Source: an uncultured Bacteroidales bacterium
GTDB taxonomy: Bacteria; Bacteroidota; Bacteroidia; Bacteroidales; WCHB1-69
Assembly (NCBI GenBank): GCA_947167635.1
Contig: CAMVIT010000007.1
Coordinates: forward strand, 6,094 to 70,093
DNA: 64,000 bases
Direction: 5' to 3'
Positions 25,934-36,030 of the stretch are shown here, piece after piece. How positions within the stretch are numbered: position 1 is the first letter of the stretch; each line of letters opens with the position of its first letter. The notes under the pieces were generated by a model. That model did no database searches and was not told the DNA's origin. It was given only the letters and a program-made list of their open reading frames with translations. A program made the position numbers and the translations under genes.

Positions 25934-28764
25934 GATTTCAACTCTTTGGATAGGAATTTAGCCGTGTAGCCGGCCTTCTGCTTGACGATTTGTTCAGGAG
26001 TGCCCGTGGCTATGACCTCACCGCCGGCGCGACCGCCTTCAGGACCCATGTCGATAATCCAGTCGGCCATTTTGATGACATCCATGTTGTGCTCGATGAC
26101 AATCACGGTGTTGCCACGGTCCACAAGGCGGTTAAGCACATCGAGAAGGATGGCAATGTCATGGAAATGCAAACCTGTGGTCGGCTCGTCAAGAATATAA
26201 ACCGTCTTTCCTGTCTCCTTTCGGGAGAGCTCGGTGGCGAGTTTGACGCGCTGCGCCTCACCGCCCGAAAGTGTGGTGGAGGACTGTCCGAGCCGCAGGT
26301 ATCCGAGGCCGACCTCCGCCATGGTGCGAAGCGGCCCCACAATATTGGGCACATTCTCGAAGAACTCAATGGCGTGTTCAATGTCCATCTCCAACACATC
26401 GTTGATGGACTTGCCCTTGTATCGGACTTCGAGAGTCTGGTCGTTGTAGCGCTTGCCGCCGCATTTCTCGCAAGTCACATAGACATCGGGGAGGAAGTTC
26501 ATCTCGATGGTCTGCACTCCCGCACCCTTGCACTCCTCGCAACGACCGCCGGAGACATTGAATGAGAAGCGTCCGGGCTTGTAACCGCGGATCTTGGATT
26601 CGGGCAACTCGGAGAAGAGCTTGCGAATGTCATCGAACACGCCCACGTATGTCACGGGATTGGAGCGCGGCGTGCGCCCGATGGGTTGCTGGTTGATTTC
26701 AATGACCTTGTCGATATATTCAAGCCCCACTATTTCGCTGTACGGCTGGGGTTTCTTCTCAGAATGATAGACATACTGGTTAAGGATAGGGAACAGCGTG
26801 TCATTGATGAGCGTTGATTTTCCACTGCCGGAAACGCCCGTGATGCAAATCATGGTGCCTAACGGGAAATCGACAGTCACCTCCTTGAGGTTGTTGCCGG
26901 TGGCACCGATGAGCGTGAGTGTCTCGCCCGTGCCAGTGCGACGTTTTTTGGGCACGGCAATTTTCTTGCGCCCCGTAAGATAATCAGCGGTGAGGGAGTC
27001 GGCCTTGAGGACCTGGTCGTATGTGCCGGCAGCCATGATCTTTCCACCGTTTTCGCCCGCCTCGGGGCCGATATCCACGATAAAGTCGGCAGCTTGCATC
27101 ATGTCGCGGTCGTGTTCAACCACGATGACACTGTTGCCGAGGTCGCGCAGCTCCTTGAGAGAGCGGATGAGCATCTGGTTGTCGCGTTGGTGCAGACCGA
27201 TGCTCGGCTCATCGAGAATGTACATCACGTTGACGAGCTGTGAGCTGATCTGTGTGGCTAATCGTATGCGCTGGGCCTCGCCGCCGGAGAGCGACGCGGC
27301 GGAACGGTCGAGCGACAGATATTGGATGCCGACATTGCAGAGGAACTGCAGACGGAAGGAAATTTCCCGCAGAATCTCGGTGGCGATCCGGTTTTGGGCA
27401 GCGGTGAGATGCCTGGGCAATTCATGAATCCACACGGCCAACTCGGAGATGTCCATGTGGGAAAGTTCGGCGATGTTCTTGTCGTGAAGCCGGAAGTGAA
27501 GCGACTCCTTCTTCAGTCGAGTGCCGCCACAATGGGGGCAGGGCACGGTATTGATAAACTGATTGACCCATTTGCGCATGGAGGCCGGCATGGTGTCAGC
27601 GTTGAGATTCTGTATGTAGCTGATGACACCCTCGAAGCTCTTTTTCAGCGGAGCAAGGCCGGAATATTCGCGTTGCACATACAGCAGCTCCGGAGAGCCG
27701 TAGAGCACCATGTTGAGGTTCTGCTCCGACAAGTCCTTGATAGGATCCGAGAGCGAGAAATGGTACTTGGCGGCCAGCGCGTCCAACTCTCGGAACAGCA
27801 GTGTGTTCTTATACTCGCCGATAGCCACGATACCACCCTTCTTAATGGATTTCGAGGGGTCGGGGATGATCTTATCCAAGTCGATTTCGGAGACCACACC
27901 GAGACCGTTACAGTGCTCGCAAGCCCCGTATGGGGAATTGAACGAGAAGGTATTGGGTTCCGGCTCAGGATAGGAAAGTCCCGTGGAGGGGCACATCAGG
28001 AACTTGCTGTAGTTCTTGACCTCGTCCTTGTCATTGTCCACAACCATGATGGCACCCTTGCCGTATTTCATGGCGATGTGGACACTGTTGGCGAGACGCA
28101 CCTTGGAAAATTCGGTCACATTGAGCGTGTCTATGGCCAGCTCTATATCGTGGATCTTGTAACGATCGACCTGCATGTTGAGCAGGAGCTTGCGCATCAC
28201 ACCATCCACACGCACACGGGTGAATCCCTGTTTACGGATATTTTCGAACAACTCCTTATAATGACCCTTTCGGCGTTTCACCACGGGCGCGAGAATGGAG
28301 ATATAGCATCCGTCGTAACGCTGGAGGATAAGGTCGATAAGCTCCTTTTCGGTGTAGTGGACCATCTTCTCGCCGGTGTTGTAAGAGTAGGCATCGGCCA
28401 CGCGGGCGTAGAGCAGTCGCAAGAAATCATAGACTTCTGTGATGGTGCCCACTGTGGAGCGGGGGTTCTTGTTGACTGTCTTTTGCTCAATGGAGATGAC
28501 AGGGTTGAGGCCGGTGATGCGGTCCACATCGGGGTGCTCGAGGTTGCCGATGAAGTGGCGCGCGTAGGCGGAGAAGGTGTCCATGTAACGGCGCTGTCCC
28601 TCCGCGTAGATGGTGTCGAAAGCCAAGGAAGACTTGCCGCTGCCGCTCAGTCCGGTGACGACCACAAGCTGATGCTGGGGTATGGTGAGAGAAACATCCT
28701 TAAGGTTATTCTCCCGCGCCCCGGTCACAACCAACGCATCTTCAGCGAAAACATTGTCCTCCAT
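25930..28764 (-). CDS. uvrA: excinuclease ABC subunit A
   Basis: 944 aa. Two ABC ATPase modules (GLSGSGKSSLAFDT; GVSGSGKSTLINDT), zinc-finger Cys pairs, LSGGEAQR signatures. Confidence 0.95.
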   Translation of the reverse strand: MEDNVFAEDALVVTGARENNLKDVSLTIPQHQLVVVTGLSGSGKSSLAFDTIYAEGQRRYMDTFSAYARHFIGNLEHPDVDRITGLNPVISIEQKTVNKNPRSTVGTITEVYDFLRLLYARVADAYSYNTGEKMVHYTEKELIDLILQRYDGCYISILAPVVKRRKGHYKELFENIRKQGFTRVRVDGVMRKLLLNMQVDRYKIHDIELAIDTLNVTEFSKVRLANSVHIAMKYGKGAIMVVDNDKDEVKNYSKFLMCPSTGLSYPEPEPNTFSFNSPYGACEHCNGLGVVSEIDLDKIIPDPSKSIKKGGIVAIGEYKNTLLFRELDALAAKYHFSLSDPIKDLSEQNLNMVLYGSPELLYVQREYSGLAPLKKSFEGVISYIQNLNADTMPASMRKWVNQFINTVPCPHCGGTRLKKESLHFRLHDKNIAELSHMDISELAVWIHELPRHLTAAQNRIATEILREISFRLQFLCNVGIQYLSLDRSAASLSGGEAQRIRLATQISSQLVNVMYILDEPSIGLHQRDNQMLIRSLKELRDLGNSVIVVEHDRDMMQAADFIVDIGPEAGENGGKIMAAGTYDQVLKADSLTADYLTGRKKIAVPKKRRTGTGETLTLIGATGNNLKEVTVDFPLGTMICITGVSGSGKSTLINDTLFPILNQYVYHSEKKPQPYSEIVGLEYIDKVIEINQQPIGRTPRSNPVTYVGVFDDIRKLFSELPESKIRGYKPGRFSFNVSGGRCEECKGAGVQTIEMNFLPDVYVTCEKCGGKRYNDQTLEVRYKGKSINDVLEMDIEHAIEFFENVPNIVGPLRTMAEVGLGYLRLGQSSTTLSGGEAQRVKLATELSRKETGKTVYILDEPTTGLHFHDIAILLDVLNRLVDRGNTVIVIEHNMDVIKMADWIIDMGPEGGRAGGEVIATGTPEQIVKQKAGYTAKFLSKELKS

Positions 28765-28803
28765 ATAGTTAACAATTTTTAACCTCTTCTACAAAAGAGG
28801 CGG

Positions 28804-28811
28804 CAAAGGTA
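28804..28811 (-). promoter_or_regulatory. -7 box (tacctttg) upstream of uvrA
   Basis: Exact TAnnTTTG, 39 nt upstream of the ATG at 28764. Confidence 0.4.
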
Positions 28812-28847
28812 CGAAAATTTTGTCAGTTTCTACTGTATGCCGACCCT

Positions 28848-29408
28848 TTACTCTCCCAATTTGCAGGTCAGCAAGGGCTTGTACTCCGGACCGTCCTTGT
28901 GCAGAAAACTCTGATACAATGTCAGCTCATGGACAGGGACAGGTTGTGAGAAGCCGGGGGTTGCGGCCTCCACATGTTTCCAAAAGCGGGATTTGTCAAC
29001 GACGCCTTTCACGCGCCCCAGTGTGACGTGTGGCACGAAATTGCCGTAGTTGGGTTCCACGCCGAGTGCGATCAGGCGCGGTTCCAACCGGTCGAAAAGC
29101 TGGCGGAAAGGCTGGAACTCCTGAAAGCCGAACCAGAGCACCTCCGGCTTGTAATGGCTCCCAAAAGCACCCAACTTGTTTAGTTCCAGCGAAAACGGCA
29201 CGCTCTCGGCACAAGTCTGCCGCAAAGCCTCACAAATGGCGCCCACACGGTCGGGCGGCGTGGCCCCGATGAAACGCAACGTGAGATGACGGATTCCATC
29301 CTGCACCCACACAATATCATCGTGGCGCAACTCATGCCTGAGCTGCGCCACGATAGCATTATAACGGTCGTTGAAAACGACGGGGGTGGCAATGAACAAT
29401 CGTTTCAT
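28848..29408 (-). CDS. thpR: RNA 2',3'-cyclic phosphodiesterase (2H phosphoesterase, ThpR/LigT-like)
   Basis: Two HxT motifs (HLTLRF, HVTLGR). The ATG at 29408 forms an ATGA overlap with the upstream stop. Confidence 0.8.
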   Translation of the reverse strand: MKRLFIATPVVFNDRYNAIVAQLRHELRHDDIVWVQDGIRHLTLRFIGATPPDRVGAICEALRQTCAESVPFSLELNKLGAFGSHYKPEVLWFGFQEFQPFRQLFDRLEPRLIALGVEPNYGNFVPHVTLGRVKGVVDKSRFWKHVEAATPGFSQPVPVHELTLYQSFLHKDGPEYKPLLTCKLGE

Positions 29409-31543
29409 CACTCGCCCTTCAGATTTTGGTTATGGAAACGGAGCAGTTTGTGCCAAAGGTGCACACGCTCCGGTCCTACCACGTTGTGGTCGTACGCCGT
29501 GTAGGGGAAATATTCGATCTCAATGCCGTCGGTCACGGCCTGGCGCATCAGCTCCAAGGTGTGCTGCCACACCACCGTATGGTCCTGGCAGCCGTGCATC
29601 ACCAGCAACGGGCATTTCACATTCTTGATCTTGGGGATGAGGTTGGCGTGAGCATAGCCTTCGGGGTTCTCCTGGGGCGTGTCCATGTAACGCTCTCCGT
29701 ACATCACCTCATACCATTCCCAGTTGACCACGGGGCCTCCGCACGAGGCCGCACGGAACTCGTCGGGATGCTCCGTGATGAGCGACAATGTCATGAAGCC
29801 GCCGTAGCTCCAGCCATCCAGGCCGATGCGATCGGCATCCACGTATGGAAGCTTTTTCAGGTACTCAACACCACACATCTGGTCTTCCACCTCCTTGACG
29901 CCCAAGTTACGGTGAATGCACTTCTCAAATTCGGCACCGCGGTTCTGCGTGCCACGGTTGTCGAGCGTGAAGACCACATAGCCCTGCTGCGCCATGTATT
30001 CAAGAAAAACACCGCCGGAGACAAAACTGTTGGTAACCAACTGTGAATGAGGACCACCGTAAACGTAAATCAGACAGGGATACTGTTTGTTCATGTCCAT
30101 ATTGGGCGGCGTGATCAGGCGGCACCAAAGCGAATCGCCCACGCGGTTGCGGATGGGGAATATGGAGGTGGTGCCCATCGCACAATCCTTGTAGGGGTTC
30201 TTGGAGGTGAGGATGGTCTTGGTGGTCTTGCCCTGACTGCTCACGACCGAGATAATCCGCGGGGTGGTCACGTTGGTGAAATAATCCATGAAGTAGGTGC
30301 ATTTTTCGTTAAAAACGGGATAGTGTGTGCCGTCAGCATCCGCCAAACGGGTGATTTTCCCGTCTTTCAGGGAGACCTTGCAAACATACTGGTTAACAGG
30401 TTTCTCCTGCGGGGCGATGGTAAAATAGACGTATTGCTCCTTCTCGTCCTTCCCGCAATACTCCACAATGTCGAAACGACCGTCCACGACTTTCTTGAAG
30501 GACCTGCAGTCGTGCATATACAGATACAAATGCTTCCAGCCGTCGCGGTCACTGAACCAGAGGAAATCGCCGTTTTTCATAAAAATCATGCGTTGAGTCG
30601 GCTCCACGTAGCGACTGTCGCTCTCCTCAATGAGGACCCTCAGTTTTTGTCCGGTCAGGAGGTCATAGCGGATGAGCTTGGAGTGGTTCTGCTCGCGGTT
30701 GAGGTGCGTGATGTAGATGTATTGCTCATCAGGAGAGAAGGTAACATTGGTAAGGAACTCGCCGTCAGCCTTGTCGGTTTTGACGTAGTGGTAAACAGGC
30801 TTGCCCGCCTTGGCAGACTGGGCCACGTCGAAGATGCCGAGGGTGACCACGTGGGAATTGCGGCCGGCCATCGGGTACTTGATGTTCTCCACCGTCGCGA
30901 TGGGCGTGGCGGTATTCACCAAGGGATAGTCCTCCACCATGCTTTCGTCCATGCGATAGAAGGCGATGAAGTTGCCCTTCGGGGAGAGGTACTGTCCCTC
31001 GTCGATGCCCCACTCGCTGCGGTGCACCGACTCGCCGAAAACAATGTTGCGGCCCGTGTCGGGACAAAGAAAGATGGGTTTGTAATCGTTGAGTTTTGTC
31101 TGCACGAAGACCCCCTCATCGTTTTTGATGACAAAGAGGCGGTTTTTCAACGATTGGTCGATGACATTGTCCCAATCAACCTTGTCAAGGGTTTCCGTGG
31201 TGGTTTTCCCTTTCACCGATGTGAGGATGGTGTGAGTGCGGGGCACATAGATCGTGTTGGCGTCGAGCCAACCAAAACTGCGGAGGTTCTTAACATCTTG
31301 TGCGGCAAGTGCATCGGAAGAGAGCCAGGTTGTTTCCTTGCCGTTGGCCGCGTTAACCAGCTTGATATTGAAATCGTCATCAATATAGGCATAGGTGTCG
31401 GCACCCGGGCGCCAGCTCAGGCCAGTCACACGGTCAACCCGGTACTTGCCTTCAAAATAGGCGTTCAAGTCGATGGTCTTGTTTTGCGCCCAAAGCGGGG
31501 CAGAGCAAACCATCAGCAGGAGTGCAATAAAAAGTTTTCTCAT
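29408..31543 (-). CDS. S9 family serine peptidase, dipeptidyl-peptidase IV-like
   Basis: Signal peptide, N-terminal beta-propeller region, nucleophile elbow DGWSYGGFM, C-terminal HGCQDHTV. Confidence 0.85.
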   Translation of the reverse strand: MRKLFIALLLMVCSAPLWAQNKTIDLNAYFEGKYRVDRVTGLSWRPGADTYAYIDDDFNIKLVNAANGKETTWLSSDALAAQDVKNLRSFGWLDANTIYVPRTHTILTSVKGKTTTETLDKVDWDNVIDQSLKNRLFVIKNDEGVFVQTKLNDYKPIFLCPDTGRNIVFGESVHRSEWGIDEGQYLSPKGNFIAFYRMDESMVEDYPLVNTATPIATVENIKYPMAGRNSHVVTLGIFDVAQSAKAGKPVYHYVKTDKADGEFLTNVTFSPDEQYIYITHLNREQNHSKLIRYDLLTGQKLRVLIEESDSRYVEPTQRMIFMKNGDFLWFSDRDGWKHLYLYMHDCRSFKKVVDGRFDIVEYCGKDEKEQYVYFTIAPQEKPVNQYVCKVSLKDGKITRLADADGTHYPVFNEKCTYFMDYFTNVTTPRIISVVSSQGKTTKTILTSKNPYKDCAMGTTSIFPIRNRVGDSLWCRLITPPNMDMNKQYPCLIYVYGGPHSQLVTNSFVSGGVFLEYMAQQGYVVFTLDNRGTQNRGAEFEKCIHRNLGVKEVEDQMCGVEYLKKLPYVDADRIGLDGWSYGGFMTLSLITEHPDEFRAASCGGPVVNWEWYEVMYGERYMDTPQENPEGYAHANLIPKIKNVKCPLLVMHGCQDHTVVWQHTLELMRQAVTDGIEIEYFPYTAYDHNVVGPERVHLWHKLLRFHNQNLKGE

Positions 31544-31555
31544 GTCTTTTCGCTT

Positions 31556-32077
31556 TTATTCCTCCTTGGAAAGCGGAGATGCCTGAGTATAGGTGCGGGC
31601 TGCAAGCTCCTTGTCGAACATATAGAGGCCGTAGCCGTTGTCCTTGATCATCTTGAGGCTGTCAATCATGCCGCGGGCGTTCTCCTCTTCCTCAACCTGC
31701 TCGTCAATGAACCACTTGAGCATGCTTTGGGTGGCAAAATCCTTCTCCTTGGTGGCAAGGGCGAAGAGGTCGTTGATGAGAGCGGTCACCTTTTGCTCGT
31801 GTTTGAGGGTCTCCTCCACCATATCGAGGGGGTTCTTCCACTCCGTGGGCACAGCGTCAATGGCCTTCAGGACAACGCGGCCGCCACGAGCGACAATATA
31901 GTTGTAGAAAATCTTGGCATGATCCTGTTCTTCCTTGAACTGGATTTCATACCAGTTGGCCATGCCCGAATATCCGAGTTCGTGGCAGTAGGAAGCCATG
32001 GAGAGATAGAGGTAAGCCGACCACATTTCGGCATTGATTTGGTTGTTGATTGCTTCTTCGATTTTTTTACTAAGCAT
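31556..32077 (-). CDS. ftnA: ferritin
   Basis: MLSKKIEEAINNQINAEMWSAYLYLSMASY...EEQDHA ferroxidase-centre residues. The ATG at 32077 avoids overlapping the PAP2 gene. Confidence 0.9.
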   Translation of the reverse strand: MLSKKIEEAINNQINAEMWSAYLYLSMASYCHELGYSGMANWYEIQFKEEQDHAKIFYNYIVARGGRVVLKAIDAVPTEWKNPLDMVEETLKHEQKVTALINDLFALATKEKDFATQSMLKWFIDEQVEEEENARGMIDSLKMIKDNGYGLYMFDKELAARTYTQASPLSKEE

Positions 32078-32099
32078 AATGATGTGTTGTTTAAATTGT

Positions 32100-32762
32100 T
32101 TATGAATAATATTTTTGGGCATTTATAGCGACGCGATTCATCGCGCCAATTGAGTCACAGAAAATTTCAGGGAAAAAACTTCGTCGCATCCAGGCTGAAA
32201 CAGGAAAACTGATGGCGATGGCGAGCAGACAGCCCACAAGGATGTCAGTCGGGTAATGCACGCCGAAATAGGGACGTGTATAGCAAACAGTTATCACATA
32301 CAACGTCAACAGGAACGCCAAGGGCCATTTTCTCCGGAGGAAGGGTTTGAGCAACAGGAAGGAGGTGAGGGCGAGCGTAGTACTGTTGGCGGCATGGGAA
32401 GAGGGAAATCCGTAGTTTCCACCATAGTAGTAGCCACCGCCGGGCTTCCGGAAAATGCGCAACTGCCCGACAAGGTCGGGATCATGGGTGGGACGCAGGC
32501 GATGAAGAAGAGGCTTGAGAATGCCGGAAGAGATGATGTCGGCGCAGGCCACGGCAAGGAACACGACCAACACGGCACGCCAGGCATGGCGACCGTAGAA
32601 ATGAAACATCAGAGCGATAAGCAGCAGAAAGAGAGGCGTCCAAGCGTATGTGTGCGTGATGGACCACATGACACTGTCCAGCCAGGGGGCATTATGCCCA
32701 TTGACAAACAGCAACATTTTGCGGTCCACGGATTCTATGACATCGGAGAAAAAAAAGTCCAT
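32100..32762 (-). CDS. PAP2 family phosphatase (membrane)
   Basis: Motifs KPLLHRLRP, PSSHAANS, HYPTD; several TM segments. Confidence 0.8.
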   Translation of the reverse strand: MDFFFSDVIESVDRKMLLFVNGHNAPWLDSVMWSITHTYAWTPLFLLLIALMFHFYGRHAWRAVLVVFLAVACADIISSGILKPLLHRLRPTHDPDLVGQLRIFRKPGGGYYYGGNYGFPSSHAANSTTLALTSFLLLKPFLRRKWPLAFLLTLYVITVCYTRPYFGVHYPTDILVGCLLAIAISFPVSAWMRRSFFPEIFCDSIGAMNRVAINAQKYYS

Positions 32763-32780
32763 CCTTCAGTTTCAAGTCGG

Positions 32781-32788
32781 CAAAAGTA
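32781..32788 (-). promoter_or_regulatory. -7 box (tacttttg) upstream of the PAP2 gene
   Basis: Exact TAnnTTTG, 18 nt upstream of the ATG at 32762. Confidence 0.45.
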
Positions 32789-32864
32789 CAAAAAAAGCCC
32801 AACAGTATGCACAAAAAAACGTCACGACGATCTGCCGTGACGTTTTTTATAGAGTGACAATCTC

Positions 32865-33356
32865 TTAGAATCTGTAGCGAAGGCCCACGGCAACGCCGTA
32901 GAAGTTGTTATAAAACGGATACTCATGACCTCTGAAAAAGCCCAGCACGTTAAACATAGGACGCCAGTCAAAGCTGAGGTTCAATGGGATGCCGAATTGG
33001 TATTCAACACCAATCTGGGCTCCGACGGCCACGGTTACAGGGAGATAATCATACTCTTTCCAGTAACGACCATAATTGAAGCCCACACCGACACCGGGTC
33101 CCACATACCAGTTCCAGTTGCTGGCACCGATAGCCCAAACCCAGTCAAACATGGCGGTCACACCTGCGTAAGCCCAGTTGTTCCAGACATTGGTAACACC
33201 AGCGGTAAGGTCAACCATCATGTTGTCTTGTGCGATAGAGTGCTGATAAGAGAATTCAAGGTTGCCACCCAAACGGGCGCCAATGGCACGAGGTTGAGCC
33301 ACAACGGCAGTGACCATCGCGAAGATAATCATTAAGGAGAAAAATACTTTTTTCAT
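32865..33356 (-). CDS. small outer-membrane beta-barrel protein
   Basis: Signal peptide MKKVFFSLMIIFAMVTAVVAQ, alternating aromatic/Gly-rich strands, C-terminal LRYRF. Confidence 0.55.
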   Translation of the reverse strand: MKKVFFSLMIIFAMVTAVVAQPRAIGARLGGNLEFSYQHSIAQDNMMVDLTAGVTNVWNNWAYAGVTAMFDWVWAIGASNWNWYVGPGVGVGFNYGRYWKEYDYLPVTVAVGAQIGVEYQFGIPLNLSFDWRPMFNVLGFFRGHEYPFYNNFYGVAVGLRYRF

Positions 33357-33397
33357 CTTGAAATTATTTAATTAGTAATAGGTTAATTGTACCAATT

Positions 33398-33892
33398 TCA
33401 GTTCAAATGATTTTCGTCAACCCACTTGGCAATGAGTTTTTCTTGTTTGGCCTTGTCGGAGAGTTCCTGTGTCATGACCTTCTCGGCAATGTCGATGGAG
33501 AGATTGGCGATTTCGTTCTTGACATCGGTCATGGCCTTCATCTTCTCGTAGTGAATAGCTTTTTTGGCCTCTTCAATGATGGCCTGAGCCTCGCTGTCGG
33601 CCTTGGCCTTGGCATTGTCCTGTATCTCAATGCTGATCTTGCGGGCTTCGGCGAGAATCTCGTCGCGGTCGGCCTTGGCTTGCGCGAGCATCTCCGCATG
33701 ACGGAGGTGGAGATTTTCCATCTCGGCATGCACCTTGGCGGCTTCGTCCAGTTGATCCTGGATTTTTTTGTTACGGCTGGCGATGCCGTTGGTGATGACA
33801 GGCCAGGCGAACTTCGCCAAAATAAACAACAGGATGCCAAAACCGATGAGCATCCAGAAAATTAGTCCAAATGAGGGTTTTATAAGTTCCAT
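33398..33892 (-). CDS. atpF: F-type ATP synthase F0 subunit b
   Basis: One N-terminal TM segment followed by a long charged coiled helix (AEARKISIEIQDNAKAKADSEAQAIIEEAKK). Follows atpE. Confidence 0.85.
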   Translation of the reverse strand: MELIKPSFGLIFWMLIGFGILLFILAKFAWPVITNGIASRNKKIQDQLDEAAKVHAEMENLHLRHAEMLAQAKADRDEILAEARKISIEIQDNAKAKADSEAQAIIEEAKKAIHYEKMKAMTDVKNEIANLSIDIAEKVMTQELSDKAKQEKLIAKWVDENHLN

Positions 33893-33918
33893 ATATGATA
33901 ATTTTCTAATTCAAATTC

Positions 33919-33963
33919 AAAAAAAGGCAAGACATCCCCGCCAACCGCGGAGATGTCTTTGCC
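33919..33963 (-). terminator. intercistronic stem-loop plus U-run between atpE and atpF (attenuator or stabiliser)
   Basis: On the minus strand, ggcaaagacatc...gatgtcttgcc (one bulge, with inner ccgc/gcgg pairs) is followed by ttttttt. Confidence 0.45.
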
Positions 33964-33971
33964 GGTTGTCA

Positions 33972-34262
<291 letters not shown>

Positions 34263-35375
34263 TTATTTTGCAATTTCGGGAGCCTCCTCGTGACCGCAAG
34301 CCATGCCAATATAGATGGCGCTGAGCAGGGTGAAGACGAAGGCCTGGATGAAAGCCACCAACAGTTCAAGGCAGCCCATGAAGATGTAAAAGAGTATGGA
34401 AACAAGCGAAACACCGTAGCCCAGGGCCGGGGCCATCTGTCCGAAGATGAAAATCAAGGAGATGAATCCCAAGATGATGATGTGACCGGCAGTGATGTTG
34501 GCGAACAGTCGCACCATAAGCACGAAGGGCTTGGTAAAGATGCCGATGGTTTCCACGAGGGGCATGATAGGCAGGGGGAACTTGAGCCACCAAGGCACAC
34601 CCGGTGTGTTGAAGATATCCTTCCAATACTCCTTGTCGCCGGAAAATTGGGTGACAAAGAACGTGATGAGGGCCAGGACACCGGTCACAGCAATATTGCC
34701 AGTGAGGTTCGCACCACCCGGAAAGATGGGGATGATACCCATCAGATTATTGAGCAGGATGAAGAAAAAGAGCGTAAGCAGATACGGTGTGTATTTGGGA
34801 GCGCGGGAACCCAACGAAGGGTTGATGACCTCGTCTTGCAGGAAAATCACAACCGGCTCTACAAGACCTTGCAGTCCGCGCGGGGCTTCGTCGGGGTGGC
34901 GTTTGTACTGTTTGGCCACCGACAGGAATATCCAAGCAATCAAGATGAGCGAGATGAAGAGGGCGCACACGTTTTTGGTAATGGAGATGTTGAACTTGCA
35001 AACATGATCCACGGCGTATTCCTCCCCTTCTTCAAGATGGCCGGTATAGTCGCCCTGCAGCTTGACGATGCTGCCTTTGTTGTCACCCCACCCCATGGCA
35101 TAGCCCTTGTAGGCGGCCTCTCCATGGTGCAATTTGGCGGAACTGAACACCTGCAGGCCATTGTCAATAAGGATGATGGGCAGCGGGATGGTCACGCTTT
35201 TGTCACCATCGCCGCAGATGTGCCAGCCATAGCTGTCTGTAACATGTTCAATGATGAAAGGGCCGGCATCGAACTCACCCTCCTCCTCGGCGGCGCATGC
35301 CAAGCGGGGTGAAAACAGCAAAGCGAACGCAATTACAAGAGTTGCAACTATAAAGCCAAATTTATTATATTTCAT
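34263..35375 (-). CDS. atpB: F-type ATP synthase F0 subunit a (with Bacteroidota-type N-terminal extension)
   Basis: C-terminal VRLFANITAGH (essential Arg), multiple TM segments. The N-terminal roughly 130 aa form a signal or extracytoplasmic extension. Confidence 0.85.
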   Translation of the reverse strand: MKYNKFGFIVATLVIAFALLFSPRLACAAEEEGEFDAGPFIIEHVTDSYGWHICGDGDKSVTIPLPIILIDNGLQVFSSAKLHHGEAAYKGYAMGWGDNKGSIVKLQGDYTGHLEEGEEYAVDHVCKFNISITKNVCALFISLILIAWIFLSVAKQYKRHPDEAPRGLQGLVEPVVIFLQDEVINPSLGSRAPKYTPYLLTLFFFILLNNLMGIIPIFPGGANLTGNIAVTGVLALITFFVTQFSGDKEYWKDIFNTPGVPWWLKFPLPIMPLVETIGIFTKPFVLMVRLFANITAGHIIILGFISLIFIFGQMAPALGYGVSLVSILFYIFMGCLELLVAFIQAFVFTLLSAIYIGMACGHEEAPEIAK

Positions 35376-35452
35376 ACAATATCAATTTGTTATGATTTCA
35401 AAAAGGAGACTTCTCCATAATTTTGAAAAGCGGCGCAATATACAATTTTTTC

Positions 35453-35460
35453 TATTTTTG
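35453..35460 (+). promoter_or_regulatory. -7 box (tatttttg) upstream of the chromate transporter pair
   Basis: Exact TAnnTTTG, 18 nt upstream of the GTG at 35479. Confidence 0.45.
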
Positions 35461-35478
35461 CAGGCTAAAAAAAATGAC

Positions 35479-36030
35479 GTGAAAACGCTATTGGAATTGT
35501 TTGTTTCATTCTTCAAAATCGGGGCCTTCACCATTGGTGGGGGGTATGCGATGATTCCCTTGATGGAGAGGGAGATTGTGGACCGCCGGGGGTGGCTTGA
35601 CCACGAGTCGTTCCTTGACGTGATGGCAGTAGCACAGGCATTGCCGGGCGTTTTTGCCGTGAACATGGCCACGCAAGTGGGCTATCGGCGGCGCGGCATC
35701 ATCGGTTCCGTGGCAGCCGTGACGGGCAACATCCTGGTGCCGATACTCCTCATCCTGGCACTCGCCATCTTTTTCCGCCAGATGCGCGGCAATGCCGTGG
35801 TGGAGGCCGTCTTCAAAGGGGTGCGCCCCGCCGTGGTGGCCCTCATCGCCGCTCCCGTGTTCAACATGGCCAAAACCGCCAGTATCAACTGGCGCAACTG
35901 CTGGATCCCCATAACGGCAACCCTGCTCATCTACCTGCTCGGCGTCTCCCCCACCTGGATCGTGCTCGCCGCCATCGCAGGTGGATTTCTGTACGGACGC
36001 TTCCGGCAGAGAAAGGAGGCCCAATCATGA
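35479..36030 (+). CDS. chrA: chromate transporter (CHR family, short-chain, first half)
   Basis: KTLLELFVSFFKIGAFTIGGGYAMIPLMEREIVDRRGWL is the canonical CHR N-terminus. The GTG start at 35479 is inferred from promoter position; the ATG at 35392 would add an atypical leader peptide. Confidence 0.7.
   Translation: MKTLLELFVSFFKIGAFTIGGGYAMIPLMEREIVDRRGWLDHESFLDVMAVAQALPGVFAVNMATQVGYRRRGIIGSVAAVTGNILVPILLILALAIFFRQMRGNAVVEAVFKGVRPAVVALIAAPVFNMAKTASINWRNCWIPITATLLIYLLGVSPTWIVLAAIAGGFLYGRFRQRKEAQS

Noticed and set aside
27322-28782. 486-aa plus-strand ORF
   Set aside because: It lies antisense to uvrA, whose identity is unambiguous. The product is a low-information Gly/Val/His/Asp/Leu-rich mirror sequence with no motif. 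This is a typical shadow ORF of a GC-rich gene.
30047-32128. 693-aa plus-strand ORF
   Set aside because: It lies antisense to the S9 peptidase and ferritin genes and spans their intergenic gap. It has no motifs and the same mirror-frame composition.
35392-35478. ATG-initiated N-terminal extension of the first chromate transporter gene
   Set aside because: The extension (MISKRRLLHNFEKRRNIQFF...) contains the exact -7 box at 35453-35460 and is atypical for CHR proteins. I preferred the GTG at 35479, but this is not certain.
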